Below are positions 60,338 to 64,000 of a stretch of DNA of 64,000 nt, in pieces (the stretch's first letter is position 1; every line of letters starts with the position of its first letter). The DNA is from Flavobacteriales bacterium (lineage in GTDB: Bacteria; Bacteroidota; Bacteroidia; Flavobacteriales; UBA7312). The notes under the pieces are model-generated. The model had not been told where the DNA came from, ran no database searches, and saw nothing but the letters and a program-made list of their open reading frames with translations. The stretch covers positions 6,243 to 70,242 of the forward strand of contig CBFIDX010000003.1 in assembly GCA_965661505.1 (NCBI GenBank). Reading direction: 5' to 3'. A program made the position numbers and the translations under genes.

Positions 60338-61203
60338 AAAAAATAATGTTGCTTTTACTTTTTCAGCCCTTTCTGGTTTTTGCCGGATGGGGCTTTTTTG
60401 CTCATAAAACAATAAATAAGATGGCTGTTTATGCTCTTCCTGAACAGATGAATGCCTTTTTTCTGAAACACATATCATATATAGAATCAGAGTCCATAAA
60501 AGCCGACCAAAGACGCTATGCTGATGAAGAAGAAGCTCCTAAACATTACATTGATATTGATTATTATAGTGTAGATAGTCCATTTGTAGTTATGCCAAAG
60601 CGTTGGGATGCTGCTGTTGCTAAGTTCAGTGAAGATACGTTGTTGAAGTATGGTATTTTGCCTTGGCATATCGAGTCTGTATATTATCAATTAGTTAAGG
60701 CAATGGAGAATGGTGACGCTAAAAGGGTTCTATTTTTAGCAACAGATTTAGGCCATTACATTGCTGATGCACATGTTCCATTACATACAACATTGAATTA
60801 TAATGGACAGTTAAGTAATCAGTCAGGCATTCATTCTTTTTGGGAAAGTCGTTTGCCAGAGCTTTTTTCAGAAAACTTTTCCTATTGGGTTGATAACGTA
60901 AAATATCAGCCAAATATCCTACAAACAAGCTGGGAGGTTATAAAAGGAAGTTACGCGGCAAAAGATTCTGTTTTGAATTTTGAAAGAGAATTAAGTAAAA
61001 CTTTTCCCTTAGATCAACAATACAGTTATGAAGGAAAGGGACAAAGAATAAAAAAAGTATATAGTGTGGAGTATTCTAATGCTTATCATCAAAAATTAGG
61101 AGGGATGGTAGAACGTCAAATGCGAAAATCCATTCATTGCCTGGCTAACACTTGGTATTCTGCATGGGTAGATGCGGGCCAACCAAATATGGATAAATGG
61201 TAA
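60334..61203 (+). CDS. zinc-dependent phospholipase C / S1-P1 nuclease superfamily protein, secreted
   Basis: Signal peptide, a mature N-terminus WGFFAHKTIN and later H.ADAHVPLHT metal-ligand motifs. Confidence 0.7.
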   Translation: MKKIMLLLLFQPFLVFAGWGFFAHKTINKMAVYALPEQMNAFFLKHISYIESESIKADQRRYADEEEAPKHYIDIDYYSVDSPFVVMPKRWDAAVAKFSEDTLLKYGILPWHIESVYYQLVKAMENGDAKRVLFLATDLGHYIADAHVPLHTTLNYNGQLSNQSGIHSFWESRLPELFSENFSYWVDNVKYQPNILQTSWEVIKGSYAAKDSVLNFERELSKTFPLDQQYSYEGKGQRIKKVYSVEYSNAYHQKLGGMVERQMRKSIHCLANTWYSAWVDAGQPNMDKW

Positions 61204-61218
61204 CCTTTTTTGAGTGGC

Positions 61219-62061
61219 CTATAAATAAGCTGAAATACCCAATGAAAAATGAAGATTTCCACTTTTTCTGTCGAAAGTGGTAGTTTCTACACCTATATCA
61301 GAAGGTATAAACGGATTTGGAACATCTTGAGTGCTTTCAGTAGTACTGCTAATGCTTTGATAGGATATCATTGGTTCTAAGTTTACTTTGCTACCTAATT
61401 CGAAAGAGTAACCCAAGCCAGCATTTATTTTCTGATAACTTAAGCTAGCATTTTCCATTAATGCGCTTCCAGATTTCAACTCACTTTCTCCTTGACCCAA
61501 CTCATAACTGGCATCAACAAATAAAGAACCATTTCTAAGTGCATAATAGTAACGAGCAAAAGGAGCTATGTTCCAAGTCAATGTTTTGGAAGTGAAATCA
61601 TTATTAGCAGTAGAGGATATTAAATCATATAAATCGTAATTTAACGGATATTGTCCAAGATCATTACCTAAGGAGTCTGGAGATAATGCTAGTAATTGTG
61701 CTGAAAGGGGGGAGCTTTTAAGTACGCTAGTTTCACTATTTACTCCAGCTTTAATTCCTAATACAAATTGATCTAAAACAAAATAACCCAAGTGAAGATT
61801 TACGTTTACTTCACTGTTTTTGTCCTCCTGTATGTTGTGTGTGTAAGGGAAAATACCACTCATGGTATACAGCGCATTCTCAATCTGTAAAGTGTCTGTT
61901 CTCCATCCTGAATACTCTACGTTTGTGATGCTTGAATTCCCAGTGTTAGAGGTAAATCCTAGGTTTGAACTGGAAACACCCAGCATCCAGTTTCCTTTCT
62001 CTTGTTGAGCATAAGCGATTGTGCTTAATAAGGCAATAAAAACAAACAGTATTTTTTTCAT
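61219..62061 (-). CDS. outer-membrane beta-barrel (porin-like) protein, hypothetical
   Basis: Signal peptide MKKILFVFIALLSTIAYAQ, alternating beta-strand pattern and an aromatic C-terminus (ISAYL). The ATG at 62061 is preferred. Confidence 0.6.
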   Translation of the reverse strand: MKKILFVFIALLSTIAYAQQEKGNWMLGVSSSNLGFTSNTGNSSITNVEYSGWRTDTLQIENALYTMSGIFPYTHNIQEDKNSEVNVNLHLGYFVLDQFVLGIKAGVNSETSVLKSSPLSAQLLALSPDSLGNDLGQYPLNYDLYDLISSTANNDFTSKTLTWNIAPFARYYYALRNGSLFVDASYELGQGESELKSGSALMENASLSYQKINAGLGYSFELGSKVNLEPMISYQSISSTTESTQDVPNPFIPSDIGVETTTFDRKSGNLHFSLGISAYL

Positions 62062-62106
62062 AATAGATCTATTTAACATGCTGCGAATATACTTAAAAAA
62101 ACATTT

Positions 62107-63228
62107 TTAGTTATTCAGCATTACAGGCATTACCAACATAAGTATTTGTTCGCCTTCTTCTTGTTCATCTTGAGGGATTAAAATTCCTGCACGATTAGGT
62201 GCGCTCATTTCTAGATTAATTTGTTCAGAAGACAAATTATTGAGCATTTCCATCAGGAATTTAGAATTGAAGCCGATTTCCAAATCTTCTCCTTGATATT
62301 GGCAACTTAATCGCTCATTAGCTTCATTAGAAAAATCTAAATCTTCAGATGAAATGCTTAATTCAGTTCCAGCTACCTTTAAACGTATTTGATGAGTCGT
62401 TTTGTTTGCAAAGATGGCAACTCTTCTGACCGAGTTGTAAAAAGAAACCCTATCAATGGTTAAGACATTTGGATTCTCTTTTGGAATTACAGCTTCATAA
62501 TTTGGATATTTGCCATCAATTAACCGACATATAAGTTTAATATTTCCAAAATGAAAATGAGCGTTTGTTTCGTTGTATTGTATATTTACCTCTTCACTTG
62601 ATTCAAGTGTGTTTTTTAGTAGGTTTAGCGGTTTTTTTGGTAAAATGAAAGAAACGGTGTTTTCAGCGCTAATATCTGTTCTTTGGTATTTCACTAACTT
62701 ATGTGCATCAGTAGCTACAAAAACACCTCCTTCATTAGAAAGTTCACAAAATACTCCAGACATAATCGGTCTTAGCTCGTCATTTCCAGTTGCAAAAAGT
62801 GTTTTATTGATTGCTTTTGCTAAAATATAGGAAGGTAATGTTGTACTAGAGGCATTTTCCATGCTGGGTACAGCAGGAAATTCTTCTCCATTTTGACCAG
62901 CAAGTTTATATTTTCCATTGTCAGATCCAATTTCAATACCGTGGGTGTTTTTATCAACCAAAAAGGTAAGAGGTTGTTCGCTAAATGTCTTTAAAGTATC
63001 CATAAGGAGCTTAGCAGGAATGGCAATATTACCTTCTTCACTGGCTTCAGTATTATTAATTTGAGCTGTCATGGTTGTTTCTAAGTCAGACGCCGACACA
63101 ATTAACTCATTAGATTTTACTTCAAAAAGAAAATTATCAAGAATAGGCAAGGTGTTACTAGAGTTTAACACACCGCTAATACTTTGTAACTGTTTTAAAA
63201 GCTGTGAGCTTGATACAATAAACTTCAT
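62107..63228 (-). CDS. dnaN: DNA polymerase III beta sliding clamp
   Basis: MKF.V....L......I..V........PIL.N.L, three-domain length of 373 aa and a C-terminal MPVML-type motif. Confidence 0.95.
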   Translation of the reverse strand: MKFIVSSSQLLKQLQSISGVLNSSNTLPILDNFLFEVKSNELIVSASDLETTMTAQINNTEASEEGNIAIPAKLLMDTLKTFSEQPLTFLVDKNTHGIEIGSDNGKYKLAGQNGEEFPAVPSMENASSTTLPSYILAKAINKTLFATGNDELRPIMSGVFCELSNEGGVFVATDAHKLVKYQRTDISAENTVSFILPKKPLNLLKNTLESSEEVNIQYNETNAHFHFGNIKLICRLIDGKYPNYEAVIPKENPNVLTIDRVSFYNSVRRVAIFANKTTHQIRLKVAGTELSISSEDLDFSNEANERLSCQYQGEDLEIGFNSKFLMEMLNNLSSEQINLEMSAPNRAGILIPQDEQEEGEQILMLVMPVMLNN

Positions 63229-63251
63229 TTACTAAAAGATTACAATTTGGT

Positions 63252-63259
63252 CAAATATA
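63252..63259 (-). promoter_or_regulatory. candidate -7 promoter box (TATATTTG on the minus strand) for dnaN
   Basis: Exact TAnnTTTG, 23 nt upstream of the dnaN ATG. Confidence 0.4.
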
Positions 63260-63294
63260 GGATTTTGATCTAGTATCAATTGTGATTTTACAAA

Positions 63295-64000
63295 CTATTT
63301 TTCAACAGATAATGAAGGATTAAAAACAGGATTAAAAGCATAGTTTTGTATTAACATAAAATCATTTCCATTGTATCCATAAAGTCGATCTACATCGTAT
63401 TGTGATTGGGTTTCCGTTATGTAAGTTTTGTGACGCCATTTTTTTCGGAAGGTATTTAGTTTCACACTGGTTTTATCGGTGTAATAAATAGTGAATGTAT
63501 GCACGGCTTCACTTGTTAAGATAGAATCTCTACTTTTTAAATCATTAACATACCCTTCACAATTAATGTTTTTTATTAGGTTTAAATAGTTTTTTATTGA
63601 ATTTGAATCTATTTTTTGTTTTTGATTATTTCCATATATAATCAATGATTCTTTAGTGGATAAGAAAAAGTTTTTAGTTGGCTCATCATGAAATTCCATT
63701 CTTAATGAGTCGATCATTGACCCTTTAAATATTTTCCTACTTCTCCAAATTTGACTAGTAACTTTTCTTCCGTCAATATTAAACCTTGGGCTTAAAAAAC
63801 CATTAAATCCTGGAAGGTGCATTACATAAGCTTTCTCTGATCCATCAATCATCATATAGGTACCTAAAAAATCAGCTGTTTCCCCTCCAATATAAATTGT
63901 TTTCATCAAGGACTTATCACCGCTGTAAAGTTCTAATTTTACTCCTTGAGTAGCCAGCTCTTTGATAACACTGTTGTGCATACTTTCTGAGACAGGATAC
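63295..64000 (-). CDS. DUF4340-like hypothetical protein, C-terminal part (frame stays open to the window edge)
   Basis: The reading frame continues upstream of the ATG at 63981 with no stop (..YPVSES-M). The DUF4340 family assignment is a tentative guess from overall sequence character, not from a specific motif. Confidence 0.45.
   Translation of the reverse strand, partial: YPVSESMHNSVIKELATQGVKLELYSGDKSLMKTIYIGGETADFLGTYMMIDGSEKAYVMHLPGFNGFLSPRFNIDGRKVTSQIWRSRKIFKGSMIDSLRMEFHDEPTKNFFLSTKESLIIYGNNQKQKIDSNSIKNYLNLIKNINCEGYVNDLKSRDSILTSEAVHTFTIYYTDKTSVKLNTFRKKWRHKTYITETQSQYDVDRLYGYNGNDFMLIQNYAFNPVFNPSLSVEK

Noticed and set aside
62080-63294. dnaN flanks as a possible replication origin
   Set aside because: dnaA is not adjacent. 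The flanking intergenic regions are only 27 and 66 nt, and I saw no TTATCCACA-type DnaA boxes or AT-rich unwinding element there.

Overview
This window looks like a compact core-chromosome segment of a low-GC Bacteroidota genome, probably Flavobacteriia-like. The taxonomic call is an inference from three observations: T9SS type A and type B C-terminal sorting domains, TAnnTTTG -7 promoter boxes, and the gene content and synteny. About 59 CDS are tightly packed, and nearly all are housekeeping genes: ndk, glyA, guaB, def, folP, cdaA, tpiA, prmA, plsY, mnmA, recR, lgt, mtaB, mutL, pyrD, gcvT, miaE and dnaN. There are also two tRNAs (Met-CAT and Arg-ACG), one clear cobalamin riboswitch and a few intrinsic terminators. 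I found no transposase, integrase, phage gene, CRISPR array or recognisable defence or toxin operon, so I cannot point to an obvious multi-gene novel system. The leads most worth follow-up are listed here. (1) An orphan B12 riboswitch drives a single YncE/DUF5074-like beta-propeller with no BtuB partner. (2) A 547-aa fusion carries a Cys-motif deaminase-like module, split by a long coiled coil, in front of an RluA pseudouridine synthase. (3) A 1468-aa secreted protein has no domain I can recognise. (4) A degenerate copy of the tRNA-Arg 3' end sits next to twin terminators. (5) A tandem-repeat DUF1599 gene lies divergent from folP-cdaA. (6) A tightly coupled operon links mutL to two rhomboid proteases and an EEP-fold enzyme. 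(7) Convergent gene pairs overlap at their 3' ends unusually often. All protein calls rest on motifs read from the supplied translations; no database search was run.
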